DNA from: Octopus vulgaris
Taxonomy: Eukaryota
NCBI GenBank assembly: GCA_951406725.2
Contig: OX597835.1
Location: 47,864,001 to 47,928,000, forward strand
Direction of reading: 5' to 3'
DNA: 64,000 nucleotides
Part shown: piece by piece, positions 13,683-27,313 of the stretch
How positions within the stretch are numbered: the stretch's first letter is position 1
Layout: every line of letters begins with the position of its first letter
Notes under the pieces: generated by a model
What the model was told of the DNA's origin: nothing
Seen by the model: only the letters and a program-made list of their open reading frames with translations
The model's database searches: none
Translations under genes and position numbers: made by a program

Positions 13683-14140
13683 TTGGTGGAACTCTCATAG
13701 ACTCCGTCAAGTTTCACTTGAAAAGGAAATTGAGAGTGGAGAGGGAAGTGCTGTACTCGAGTGAGTTTATTGAAAGGTGAGTGAAAGTAGCGAAAATGGC
13801 AAGAGTGGATGGTACCTCTCTAAGTGTAGACCTGTAAGTCGGAGAGAAGGAATTGGAGAGGTCCCTTGCTCCTGGGGTTTCAGGGAAATCTCGGACTGTG
13901 GGGTTCCTCGATTATCCCTAGAGACCTTCCTATAACAGGAGGGTCACATCTCTATCATCCTCCCCACCGCTGTCTTAAACCTTTGTATGCGATGCATATG
14001 TCCCTTCTTTTTCAGTGTATACTTACTCTTTTTATACTTTTTTTATCCTTTCATTATTATATGTAAACCCAACACTTTATGTCTGTCTCTGTATTATCTC
14101 CCCCCCCCATTCTTCGCCCTTGAGGCAAATAAATGAAATT
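13683..14140 (+). mobile_element. 3' end of an L1/Tx1-like LINE
   Basis: ORF end GGTLIDSVKFHLKRKLRVEREVLYSSEFIER*VKVAKMARVDGTSLSVDL (stop 13835-13837), 3' UTR ending gcccttgaggc-aaataaa, then an (ATT)n tail. Clade assigned from recalled similarity. Confidence 0.55.
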
Positions 14141-14156
14141 ACTATTATTATATATC

Positions 14157-14199
<43 letters not shown>

Positions 14200-14242
14200 C
14201 ATTACTATTATTAATAATAATAGTAGTAGTAGTAGTAGTAGT

Positions 14243-14331
<89 letters not shown>

Positions 14332-14635
14332 CAGCAGCATTATTAAAATCACAATATAATTATGGAGATCGACTTGATATTATTGTAATAAACCTGCAGA
14401 GGTTCCACCTAAGCCGGCCATCTTCACTGCATTCACCCATTTTTCAACAAATTTATTTGATGACAGCACCTTACTCTCCACTCTTAATTTTCTTTCCTAG
14501 CAGAAGATGAAAAAGTTGATGCGGAGGAAAGTGCCTGTTTTTGGTCCTCTTCGTTGTGTCCACCCCACAGCTGCCTTCGTCGTAGCCACAGGACAGAAAC
14601 AAAGAAAAGAAAAAGAAAACTACCCGAACATCAAT

Positions 14636-15310
14636 AATCCTTTATACTCTAGGCATAAGGCCCGAAATTTTGGGGGAGAGGACCACTCGATGACATCGAG
14701 CTTGTTTATTTCTTTATTGCCCACAAGGGGCTAAAAATAGAGGGGACAAACAAGAGCTTTACTGCTACTTAATTTATCGACCCCGAAAGGATAAAAGATA
14801 AAGTCGACCTCAGCGGAATATGAACTTAGAACATAAAGACAGACGAAATACCACTGAGCATTTCGCCCGGCGTGCTAACGATTTTTTATTCTTTATTGCC
14901 CACAAGGGGCTAAACATAGAGGGGACAAACAAGGACAGACAAACGGATTAAGCCGATTACATCGATACTAGTGCGTAACTGGTACTTAATTTATCGACCC
15001 CTAAAGGATGAAAGGCAAAGTCGACCTCGGCGGAATTTGAACTTAGAACGTAACGGCAGACGAAATACCTATTTCTATTTCTTTATTACCCACAAGGGGC
15101 TAAACAAAGAGGGGACAAACAAGGACAGACATAGGTATTAAGTCGATTACATCGACCCCAGTGCGTAACTGGTACTTAATTTATCGACCGCGAAAGGATG
15201 AAAGGCAAAGTCGACCTCGGCGGAATTTGAACTCAGAACGTAAAGACAGACGAAATACCGCTAAGCATTTCGCCCGGCGTTGCTAACGTTTCTGCCAACT
15301 CGCTGCCTTA
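14636..15310 (-). mobile_element. Head-to-tail/nested array of SINE family B copies
   Basis: Three near-identical bodies (ttatcgacc.cgaaaggatgaaaggcaaagtcgacctcggcggaatttgaac) and three cccacaaggggctaaa tails. Confidence 0.9.
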
Positions 15311-15711
15311 CCCGAATATCAATAATGATAACGAGGACAACAACAACAACATCATCATTATATAATGATGATGATAATAATATGCCTCGATTTTAACTCT
15401 CCCACGGCGCTACACCGTAACACGATTGTGAAAAGGCGATTACTTAACCACCTATCCCGTTTTAATATCTTAGAAGGCGGTAAAGGTTTACGGTCACGAA
15501 TGATATATTTATATATATATAAGCATACGTGACGACATTTCGATCCTTCAAGCAAATGTACAGCCTCTAAATTATTAACATAATGATCAAACGGATAACC
15601 ACTGTGATTATATTAATTGGTCAGCATGTGCTTTTGTGTATTTATGCGTGCAAATGCATGCATATATACATACATGCAAGCATACAAGCATACATACACA
15701 TGCATATATAT

Positions 15712-15875
15712 AGGCGCAGGAGTGGCTGTGTGGTAAGTAGCTTGCTTACCAACCACATGGTTCCGGGTTCAGTCTCACTGCGTGGCACCTTGGGCAGCTG
15801 TCTTCCACTATAGCCTCGGGACGAATAAAGCCTTGTGAGTGGATTTGGTAGACGGAAACTGAAAGAAGCCCGTCG

Positions 15876-15939
<64 letters not shown>

Positions 15940-16155
15940 GTGTGTGCCTGTGTGTCCCCCAACATCGCCTGACAACCGATGCTGGTGTGTTTACGTCCCC
16001 GTCACTTAGCGGTTCGGCAAAACAGACCGATAGAATAAGTATTAGGCTTACAAAGAATAAGTCCCGGCGTCGATTTGTTCGACTAAAGGTGGTGCTCCAG
16101 CATGGCCGCAGTCAAATGACTGAAACAAATAAAAGAGTAAAAGAGTAAAAGAGTA
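15712..16155 (+). mobile_element. Full-length SINE family A
   Basis: A box tggctgtgtgg, B box ggttcagtctc, (TA)n(TG)n linker, (gtaaaaga)n tail. Confidence 0.92.
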
Positions 16156-16794
16156 AATACATATATATATACCTATATCTATATCCATGCATAAATATAT
16201 ATGTATATATATATACATATATACACACGCAGGTGCACGCAAATTTATGCTTCTAAGCAAGCGCACTTACCACAAATCCATTATGTATATATATATATAT
16301 ATATATATATACTCATATAGGCATAAAATTGCGTACACATATGTGTACATATACATATATATTCATTTTTTTTTTCAAATATATGAGAGTGTATCAAGGA
16401 CTTTCAATTTTTTATTCTGCTATGTGTGTATGTGTGTGTGCGTGTATGCATATATGGGTACAGGAAGTCACCAACTGTGCAAACAACATGAAATACTTAA
16501 ACGTAAGAGAAAGGATCCTCCATCAGTTGTCGTCTGTCTACTCCTCTTGAAAGTATTTTTGAAAGTTACTTGAAAATGTTTTTAAGTATAAAGGGAATCG
16601 TTTTTATAAAGTTTATTTTTTAAAACAATTATAAGATCTTTTATCAGGCTGTCACTAACCTTTTTTGGAAGAAGTTCTTATCCAGGTTTTGTGTGAGCGC
16701 TTTCGATTAATCCTTTCAAACTCACTTGCACTCCATTAATGCACGAAGTGGAAGTTGTTTTTTTTATTTCTTGTATTTCTGATAGTATTCATTT

Positions 16795-17345
16795 CTGTTC
16801 TAGGCACAAGGCCCGAAAGTTTTGAGGGAGGGGTGGGCAGTCGATTAGATCTACCCCAGTACGCAACTGGTACTTAATTTACCGACCCCGAAAGGATGAA
16901 AGGCAAAGTCGACCTCGGCGGAATTTGAACACAAGGGGCTAAACATAGAGGGGACAAACGAATACAGACAAACGGATTAAGTCGATTACATCGACCCCAG
17001 TGCGTCACTGGTACTTAATTAATCGACCCCGAAATGATGAAAGGCTAAGTTGACCTCGGCGGAATTTGAACACAGAACGCAGCGGCGGACGAAATACCAC
17101 AAAGCATTTCGCCCGGCGTGCTAACGTCTCTGCCAGCTCGCCGCCTTTAAGAGACGAAATACCTATTTTTTTACTACCCACAAGGGGCTAAACACATAGG
17201 GGACAAACAAGGACAGACAAACGGATTAAGTCGATTATATATCCCGAAAGGCTGAAAGACGAAGTCGACCTCAGCAGAATTCCAACTTAGAACATAATGC
17301 CATTAAGCATTACCCGGCGTACTAACAATTCTACTAACTCGCCTC
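16795..17345 (-). mobile_element. Array of three SINE family B copies
   Basis: Same body and tail motifs as 14636-15310. Confidence 0.88.
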
Positions 17346-17361
17346 TTTAAAGTGAACTATT

Positions 17362-17408
17362 TGGTCCCGGCGTGATTCGAACACGCAGCCCTCTCATCTG
17401 GAAACAGA
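17362..17408 (-). pseudogene. tRNA-Trp(CCA) 3'-half pseudogene fragment
   Basis: Minus strand tctgtttccagatgagagggctgcgtgttcgaatcacgccgggacca matches the anticodon arm to 3' end of eukaryotic tRNA-Trp; T-arm gcgtg/cacgc pairs; 5' half absent. Confidence 0.7.
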
Positions 17409-17733
17409 ATGAATAACAATAATAATAACGTAATACAAACAAATACCAAAAGCTTCAGTGCGTGACTTTTGGCCCACACTGCTTTATAACTAACGATGTA
17501 AAGTTGTGTCTGTTTTAATTGCTCCTGCATTTGCTTTGTAGTTCACGACCAGTAATAATGCTTCGTGTAGGAGTTTCTTAAGCCCTCCGCTGGGAGTACA
17601 CTGGATAAGGATAACCCATATGCAGCTGCAAATATAACAAAATCAGGCGTACATCTGTTTGCAACCCACAATGTACTATATACGATAAACTTCATGGTTG
17701 AGGCTCCGATAAAACTATTAGGTGTTACTCAGG

Positions 17734-17971
17734 AAGGCGGCGAGCTGGCAGATACGTTAGCACGCCGGGCGAAATGCGTAGCCGTATTTCGTCTGCCGTT
17801 ACGTTCTGAGTTCGAATTCCGCCGAGGTCGACTTTGCCTTTCATCCTTTCGTGGGTCGATAAATTAAGTACCAGTTACGCACTGGGGTCGATGTAATCGA
17901 CTTAATCCGTTTGTCTGTCCTTGTTTGTCCCCTCTGTGTTTAACTCCTTGTGGGAAGTAAAGAAATATATA
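17734..17971 (+). mobile_element. Full-length SINE family B with 14-bp TSD
   Basis: A box tggcagatacg, B box gagttcgaattcc; TSD aggtgttactcagg at 17720-17733 and 17972-17985. Confidence 0.93.
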
Positions 17972-18468
17972 AGGTGTTACTCAGGCACTCAACTACGAGT
18001 GCACTGCATCCTATAGCTGAAACAACTGTAAGCTAGTGACGTTCATAAGATAATCGTGTATCACTTTGGCATCACTTTTTCTCATATATGTACACACCCA
18101 CATATATATATATATGTGTTTGTTTCGGGCGCAGGCGTGTGTGTGTGAATTTGTGTCTTGCTCTTTGGCAACCAGTGGTGTTGATCGGCTTATATCTAAA
18201 TCGGTGGTCCAGCAAAAAGAAAAAGGCGGCGATACACTAAGTAGCACATTTAAAATATACATAAACACAGGACGACTAAAAAAACAAGCAAAAACAAAAA
18301 AGAGCAATGCTTCTGATTGGCCGCAGTCCAATGAGTGAAGCAATCAAAAGAACAACGAAATGAAAGAATACACTATGGCACATAAATATTGCACTGCGTC
18401 ACAACACAAACATAGATACTCACACACACACACACATGTAATACACGCATAGGCGTGTGTGTGTGTAT

Positions 18469-18503
<35 letters not shown>

Positions 18504-18554
18504 CATATATATAAATATACATACATGCATATATATATATGTGTATATATATAC

Positions 18555-18599
<45 letters not shown>

Positions 18600-20003
18600 C
18601 GTGTGTGTGTGTGCGCGTGTGCATATATATATATATATATATTTAATGTATGTATGTATATACATATATACTACAGACACATGCTCACATTATAACACAC
18701 ACACACACACACACATTTACACAAACGGTTTTTAAAGTAGCAAAAGCGTGGGTGAATTTCCAGCGATCTTCTCGACCAATTAAGGAGACAGGCGCATGCG
18801 TGTGTCAGTGGCAACAATTGAAAACCAGAAAAAGCGCGCCAATTCCCTGGTCGGCTGGTGTCAGGTAGAGATATTTTGAAATGTAACTCCTCTGAGGAAC
18901 AGCTAAATTCTATTCACTTGCGCAGGTGCTAAAGGCTTAAATGTTTATGATTAGTGGCTGTCTATTTAGGAGGAAGACGACGGCTAACGTTGAGTGGTGT
19001 GACGGGGCGGCGGGGGACGGGGCCAGAGTGCAGAGTGGTATGTAAATGATGGGGAGTAAATGGTTGTAGCGGTAGTCGTGATGGCGGATGTGGTGGTGGT
19101 GGTGGTGGTTGTGGCGGCTGTCATGATGATGGAGGTGGTGGTGCCGTGGCGGTGGTGGTTGTTCTTGGTGTGTTGGTGGTTGTGGCCGCTGTCGTGATGG
19201 TGAAGGTGGCGGTGGTGGTGGTGTTGTGATGGTGTTGGTGATGTTGTGGTGGTGGTGGTGGTTGTGGTGTTGGTGTTTGTGGCGGCTGTCGTGATGGTGA
19301 AGGTGGCGGTGGTGGTGGTGTTGTGGAGGTGGTGATGGTGGTTGTGGAGGTGATGATGGTGGTTGTGGTGTTGGTGCGGGTTCTCGTGGTAATGGTTGTG
19401 AGTGATTGCGTGGACGTAAGTGGTGCGTGAGAGAACCTGTTAATGTGTATGCTCTCAGGTGTGTATATGCGTGTATGTCTGTGCGCGTTTGTGCGTGTGT
19501 GTGTGTGTGTGTGCGTGTGCGTCTGTGAGAGAGAGAGAGGGGGGAGACAGTGTTTTGTAAATGTGTGTATAAGTGTGTGTGTGTGTGGAATGAGGTGTAA
19601 GTATATGTTTGTGGGACAGAAAGTGTGTGTGTATGCATCTGATGGTGAGGAGAGTGCGTATGGAGGCGATAGAGAGTGGAATCGATGTACGAGAATGTGT
19701 GTATGTGTTTAAATGAACGCTAATGTGTGAGTGTTCGGGAATAGGAAGGGTCTCTATGTATATGTGTGGGTACGCATGTACGTCGCTGGGTAGAAGGGTC
19801 TGCACGTGAGCATTTATGTGTGTGTGTGTGTGTGTGTCCCTGTCTGAAAGAAGGAGTTTGTATGTGTGTATACACGTGCATGTATATGTATGGTTGTATA
19901 TAAAACGTAGGATTATGCGTGTGTGTGTGTATGCGTGCGTGTATGTGTGCATGTGTGTATCTGTGTATCTGTAGATGTTTGTATGTGTGTAAGTATATGT
20001 GTG

Positions 20004-20043
<40 letters not shown>

Positions 20044-21483
20044 CGTGAGCATTTATATGTATATATATATATAAACTTATACGTATATATACATATATAT
20101 ATGTATATATATATACATGTATATATTTATACATGTATATATATATACATATATATGTATATATATATATGTATATATATTTATACGTATGGATGTGTAT
20201 ATATACGTTTGTTTGTGTGTGTGTGTGTGTGTGTGTGGTTATGTATGTGTATATATGTATATAAGCCGGTGAAACAGTGTCAGATATTGAAGAGCCTAGA
20301 GGGAGAATATTTTATTGTCAATAATTCATATAAAAGTAAATAATATAAATAAATAAATGAAACGGGAGGGAAGAAGGGAAGCAAGGAAGGCTAGAAATAG
20401 CAACCAAATACCTCTTAAATTACTCGCTACAAGAAATATCTCAAACCGGTGAGATGGTCATTGCTGGCGTGACTTTGATTATAAGTTTTGGAAAAAGCAG
20501 CCAAATATATACTTTAAAAATGATTGTTCTAGAAAAATTAGTTCAAATCTTGTTAAATGATTGATTTAACGTAATTTTTTGCTACGGTTTATACAATGCT
20601 GACGATTTCATAAAAGGATGAAATGAAGCTATACATGGCTACCAACGACTGGAAATTTGAAGATCTTAATGATGTGTAGGCAAAAGAAATATTAAATATA
20701 TATATTCTGCACACCTTCTTTGACTCGTTGATTCTTACTTTCACACCTGCTTCAACTTAACTTATTCTAGAAGGGATTGTCTCCCTTGTGAGGGTTTTCC
20801 ATGTGAAGTACATCACCAATATAGTAGTACTTCTCGCAAAAATTAAGGAACAGTCAAGGCTGGAATAAGTTAGATCATAATACTTCTCGATCAGGTCTAA
20901 CCAACGGTTAAACAATAACAACAACTAAAACAACAACAACAACAACAACAACAACAGCAAGAACAGTTATAACTCCTCGTAGGTTCGAGTGTAAGAATTA
21001 AGCAAACTGAGATGTTAAGGATTAACTGCAGATTAGAGCCCAGTCAACTTCGAAGCTTCTACACGGTCGTTCCAATGCTAGAAATAACCACCATACCTCT
21101 CTGAAATTTCAGAATACACTCCTAAAATACGAATGGGATGATGAATTAGACATTGTATTTTGAGGTTTATGTGAAAGGCGTGGGTGTGTGGTAAGAAGTC
21201 TGCTTCCCATCCACATGGTGCCGGGTTCAGTCCCACAACGAGGCACCTTAGGTAAGTGTCTTCTACTATAGCTCTTTCACTACCACAACCAAAAACAACA
21301 ACAACACCACGCACCGCCACCTGCTCCTTCTCCTTCTCTTCCTCCTCTTCAACAGCATCATCATCATCATATCATCATCATATCATCATCATCATCTCCG
21401 TCGTCGTCGTCGTCGTCATCAGCATAAGTATCAGAATCACTATCATCATAATTAGCAGCAGCAACAGCAGCAGCAGCAGTAGC

Positions 21484-21524
<41 letters not shown>

Positions 21525-21794
21525 AGGAGGAGGAGGAGTAGAAGGAAGAAGAAGAAATATATATGTCTGAGAGTATGTGTGCATGGAAGCATGTATGTAA
21601 GAATGTACGTGTATGTCCGAATTGGCGTAGGTATGTTTTCTGTACGTGTGATTACACGCACGCATGCGCGTGTATCGTACGAAAGTACGCACCTGTATAG
21701 GAATGTATGTATATATATGAAGAGATGTATGTATGTATGTAGCTGCGTAAGGGCAAAAGCAGGTAACTAAATACGTGCGTGCGTGTATGTGCGT

Positions 21795-21838
<44 letters not shown>

Positions 21839-22019
21839 TTATGTATGTCTGGTTAAGTAACGAATATGATCATGTTGTAGCAGTTTCGACGGTGGTGGTC
21901 ACTATAGTGGGCACGTGGTGCCGAAAGTGGTGAGGGTGGCGGTGGTTACTATTTGTGATTGTGGTGGTGATGGTGGACGTGCTTGCCATCATCGTGGTGG
22001 TACTAATAGCTAGGGGTGT

Positions 22020-22460
22020 GGAAGGCGGTGAGATGGCAGAATCGGTAGCGCGCCGGGGAAATTGATTGGCGGCATTTCGTCCGTCTTGAACGCTCTGAGT
22101 TCAAATACCGCTAAAGTCGACTCTGCTTTTTATCATTTCGGGGTCAATAAATTAAGTACCAGTCGAACACTGGGGTCGATGTAATCGACTTAACCCTCCT
22201 TCCGAATTTCAGTCCTTGCGCCTGTAGCAGAAAGGAATAATTATGGGCGTGTCAGGTGGAGAGATGGCAGAATCGTTAGTACACCGGGCAAAATGCTTTG
22301 CAGTATTTTTTCTGTCTTTACGTTCTGAGTTCAAATTCCACCGAGGTCGTCTTTGCGTTTCTTCCTTTCTGGATCGATAAATTTGGTTCCAGTTGAACAC
22401 TGGGTCAACTTACCCTCTCCCCTGCTAACATGCTGGCCTTGGGCTAAAATTTAAAGCCAG
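22020..22460 (+). mobile_element. Two tandem older SINE B copies with the alternative tail
   Basis: Family B head and body followed by ...ccttgcgcctgtag / ...gctggccttgggctaaaattt instead of the cccacaagggg-type tail. Confidence 0.8.
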
Positions 22461-22734
22461 TAGTTATGGTTGTGATGGTGGTGGCAGTTGAGATGAAGGT
22501 TCACCGTCGTCGTAGTGGTGGTGGTGATGATGGTGGTGGACATAGATAATCGAAGAAATGGAGCCTACATCATGGGGAGAGAGAGAGAGAGAGAGATGGG
22601 GCAGAGTGAGAAGGTCGAGAAACAGAGACGGCGCGAAAGAGAAAGACAAGTGGTGGGGAAGAGAAAGAGCGGGGTGCCGAGAGGCAAACGGTCAGACAGA
22701 TAGACAAGGATAGTGATAAATGTTGACAGATATA

Positions 22735-23020
22735 TAGAGTATTCCTTCACCATATCGCGGTTCACCTATCGCGGTTTATTATTTAAGCTTCTGACGATTC
22801 CTCCCGGGTGTTGTTTTGCATTTATAATAAAATAAGTATATACAAATTATAAAAAATATATAGCCGATAAAATAAGTAGTAGGCTGACAAAGAATAAGTC
22901 CTGGGGGTCGATTTGTTCGACGAAAATATACAGTACAGTAGTGTTTATACTTCACGGATTTCCATCTATCGCAGTGGGGTTTTGGAACGTAACACCCGCG
23001 ATAGTCGGGGGATTACTTTA
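22735..23020. mobile_element. Tigger/pogo-like MITE containing a SINE A 3' fragment (~22866-22922)
   Basis: Imperfect TIRs agtattcc..tatcgcgg / ccgcgata..ggattact, flanked by TA. Confidence 0.6.
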
Positions 23021-23264
23021 GATAGCTGGATTAGAAAAAAAGAGATAGATTAATAGATTGATTGATAGAATGATTGATACGGCGTAGAGAAAGATATATG
23101 AATGGAGAGATGTAGTGAGAGATTAAGTTATAAGGGAAGAAAAACAAAGGAGGGGGCTGAAAGGAAATGGAAGGAGTTTCAGAGAGAAATTAACGAAAAC
23201 TCTGAATGAAATCAGAAAACGAAAAAGAAAAAACAAAAATAAAGGAACAACAAAGAAGGGTTTC

Positions 23265-23440
23265 AAATTCTGGAACACAGCCAAAAATGTCTGGGGAAGG
23301 TGGGGAGTCGATGACATCAACCCGAGTTTTTGACTAGTACTTAATTTGTCGACCGCGAAAAGATGAAAGGCAAAATCGAACTCGGTAGGATTTGAACACA
23401 AATCGCAAAGAGGATCGAAATGTCGCTATGCGTTATGCCC
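23265..23440 (-). mobile_element. Diverged SINE B copy
   Basis: gtacttaatttgtcgaccgcgaaaagatgaaaggcaaaatcgaactcgg matches the family B body. Confidence 0.75.
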
Positions 23441-24167
23441 GTCGTATACAGATGTGATGTATGTATGTATGTCTATGTTTCCATATGTGAATGTATGTAT
23501 ACATGTGCGTGATGTGTACGGCTGTTTCTGAGGCTGTGTATGTAACCACATGTAGCCACATGTATAATGCATGCATCTCTTTTTATATGTGTGACTGTAT
23601 GAATGCATTGTGCATATATATATATATATATACTACATGGTGTATATATGCGTCTGTTTCTGTGTGTCGCCACAAGAGTGTGTGTGTGTTTGTGTGTGCA
23701 TTTTGTGTGTGCTCGCGCTCGCGTTTTGCCAACGATGGTGTGAAAGTGGAAGAAAGGAAAGATATGAACTGAAGCAACGCGGAAAAAGGACGATGAAAAG
23801 GTTTTGGAGAAATGACAAAACATAAAGAAATGGATAAACAACACTTCATCCTCTACTTCCCGCCCCTAACCTTGCCCCTGCCCCCGCACCCTCATCCGCA
23901 AAACAACAAAAAATGAACAAACACATGAACAACACAAATATAATGAAATTCAACAAAAAAGTAAACACAATTATACACACACGCGCGCACACACACACAC
24001 ACTTATATTTATGTATACAATTTTATTCATTTCAACCATGCGGCTCCGCTCATACTGGAGCACCACTGTGATTCTGCGTCGCCACTCACGATTCTCCTAC
24101 GGTTTATTTCCTCGGAGTGGTGGCACATAGGGTTAGAGAGAGAAACAAAATACATACAATGACCAAA

Positions 24168-24221
<54 letters not shown>

Positions 24222-24517
24222 GAGAGAGAGAGAGAGAGATGGATGGATAGATAGATAGAGAGGAAGAGAAATCATCAAAGACAGATAGAGACAAAGATAA
24301 ATAGACAGTTATGTTGAGGGATGTCAGACGTAAGACCAAAATTGTGTGACAGATGTCACATGAAGTGTGACACGGAGACAATAACATAAAGTGCAAGCAT
24401 ACACACAACTCATAAATACACATACACCGACACTGACACATACATACATACAGGCAGAGGCATTCATGTATACATGCTTTACATATATACACACAAATAC
24501 AATAACACACACAATTT

Positions 24518-24562
<45 letters not shown>

Positions 24563-24581
24563 ATATATATACATATATATA

Positions 24582-25195
24582 TATGACGTCTGATCAATAA
24601 GTATCTGGACTGTTGCCATAGTAACGAAGCCAAAGCGCGAAGAGTAAAGCCACTTAGCAAAGATTGACCTTGGACCGTTGTGCATGCGCACTGCGCTTTA
24701 ACGTTCTAGCTCACTTCTGCTGTGCTTGGAAGAACGGTTTGTAGAGTGTGGTCGTCACATTGACCATGACAGGGAAAGCTGTCATGTCAATACAGTGCTC
24801 GGAGTCCTACGCAAAGTTGCAGAAAGTGTATGGAGAGGAGTGTATGAGCCGCACATAAGTGTACGAGTGGTTCAGACGTTTCAAATATGGACAGAAAATT
24901 GTCAATATTGATGAAGGCTTTGGGAGACCTGCAACCAGCAGAACTGAGAAAAACATCGATGTGCGTGCAGCTGTGAGGGGAAGTGGTCGAATCACCATCT
25001 ATGAGTTATGAGAGGATGCGCAGATAAGTTAAGGTTCACTTCAATCCATTGTCACTGAAGTTTTGGGTATGAGACGTTTGTCTGCCAAGTTTGTGCCAAA
25101 ACTGCTTTCAGCTGACCAAAACGACTCTCGGGTTTCAGTTGCAAAAGATCTTCTTGACTGTGTCGAGAACGATGAAAACTTTTTTAAAACTTTGC
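24582..25195 (+). mobile_element. Truncated mariner transposon (left TIR plus transposase N-terminal pseudogene)
   Basis: TA followed by TIR-like tgacgtctgatcaataagtatctggact; translation YAKLQKVYGEECMSRT*VYEWFRRFK..GRPATSRT..LGMRRLSAKFVPKLL (WVPHEL-like motif) with stops; no DD34D domain. Confidence 0.85.
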
Positions 25196-25616
25196 GCAGG
25201 CCTCTGAGCTGTTCTCGGTCGAAGATCACTGCCAGCATATATGTCTACACCATAGAAATCTATGGGTGATTTAGCGAATCGAAATACACACACACACATA
25301 CGTACATATAAACATACAAACATACATGTACATACTCAATATTCCATTTTGTGAACTATAGTGTCGGTAGTAGCAAGATGTTGTCTTCAACATACTAATC
25401 TGATTGTTCGCAGCATTTACGACGCCGAGAGCGACAAAGTCTCGACCGCGTAACTTGGATGGAAGAAATATCTGACAGGGTCCTTTTATTTGAAAAATAA
25501 TAATCACCTGAAACATTTGTTTGAAAATTTTCACCCATGTACAGGTATATGTATGCATACAAATATATACATATATAAATGAACACATATCTACACATAT
25601 ATACATGCGCATATAT

Positions 25617-25775
25617 ATAGGAGTGGCTGTGTGGTAAGTAGCTTACTTACTAATCACATGGTTCCGGGTTCAGTCCCATTGCGTGGCACTTTAGGCAAGT
25701 GTCTTCTACTAGAGCCTCGGGCCGACCAAAGCCTTGTGAGTGGATTTGGTGCACGGAAACTGAAAGTAGCCCGTC

Positions 25776-25839
<64 letters not shown>

Positions 25840-26235
25840 GTGTGTGTGTATATGAGTCTGTTTGTGTATGTGTGTGTATGTCTGTGTTTATCCCCTCACC
25901 ATCGCTTGACAACCGACGACAACTGATGCAAAAGAACGGATAAAATAAGTAGTTGGCTGACAAAGAATAAATCCTGGGGCTCGATTTGTTCGACGAAAGG
26001 CGGTGCCCCAACATAGCTGCAGTCAGATGACTGAAACAAGTAACAGAGTTCAAATTCCGCCGGGGTCCACTTTGCCTTTCATCCTTTCGGGGTCGATTAA
26101 AGAAGTACCAGTTACGCACTGGGGTCGATATAATCGACTTAATCTGTTTGTCTGTCCTTGTTTGTACCCTCGGTGTGTAGCCCCTTGTGGGCAGTAAAGA
26201 AATATGAAACAAGTAAAAGAGTAAAAGAATAAGAG
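25617..26235 (+). mobile_element. SINE A with a 5'-truncated SINE B (26050-26204) inserted in its tail
   Basis: TSD tgaaacaagtaa(c/a)agagt at 26032-26049 and 26205-26222. Confidence 0.88.
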
Positions 26236-26260
26236 AATAGATAGATAGATAAATATATAA

Positions 26261-26306
<46 letters not shown>

Positions 26307-26578
26307 GGATGGATAGATTGATAGATATATAGATAGATGAATGGATTGATAGACCCTTGAACGTATGCGCATACAAAATGATAACGATGTTATGATGATA
26401 TTGGTGATGATGTTAATGACGATGATTGTGATGAAGATTGGGATGGTTCGTTATTTCTTTTTGTTTGTTTGTTTTTCGAATCGAAGCCCACGCTACAGCA
26501 GCACCGCTTCTTTAAGGATTATGTTAGTGACCACAACGAGAACAACGACAACGGCGATGAATACGAAAAATGAAACAT

Positions 26579-26610
<32 letters not shown>

Positions 26611-27313
26611 CCGATAACGACGACGAAGATGATGATGATGGTGATGATGATGATGATGATGATGATGCCGATGACGACAACGATGATGATGGTGATGTGG
26701 GATTTCCAGAGTCAACGAAATAACGTCTAAGTCTAGATTCTAAACTCTAAACAATCTCCAGATTTGCTAACAACCGCAGCTAAATCACCCGGCAGAAATA
26801 AATATGGTGAACTTTTCGTTAAAATGAATAAGAAAGACAGACGGACTCAATAGACAGTGTACTTCTAGATACACTATGCCAAAAACAAAAAAAATTCAGG
26901 AAATATTCAAGAAAACAAAAGTTGATGGTCAAACAGAACAGCTTCCAAGCCCACAATCATCACTATCACCACCACTAACACCACTACCATCACACCACCA
27001 ATACCACCACGAGTAGCAGCAGCAGCAGCAGCACCAGCAGCACCACCACCACCACCACCGCAACCACCACAACTAATATAACAATCGCCTTCAACACCAC
27101 TAACACCACCACCACCACCACCACCACCACCACCACCACCACCACCAGAATAGTAACATCAATAATAACAATAATAACGATGGTCACCATGCCAACCATC
27201 ACCATCACTATCAGCTACACCACTGCCACCGCAACTACAACAACCACAACTACCATTTCCACTGTAACCATCGCCCTCGCAAAAAGCACCATATCATCAC
27301 CACTTCAACTACC

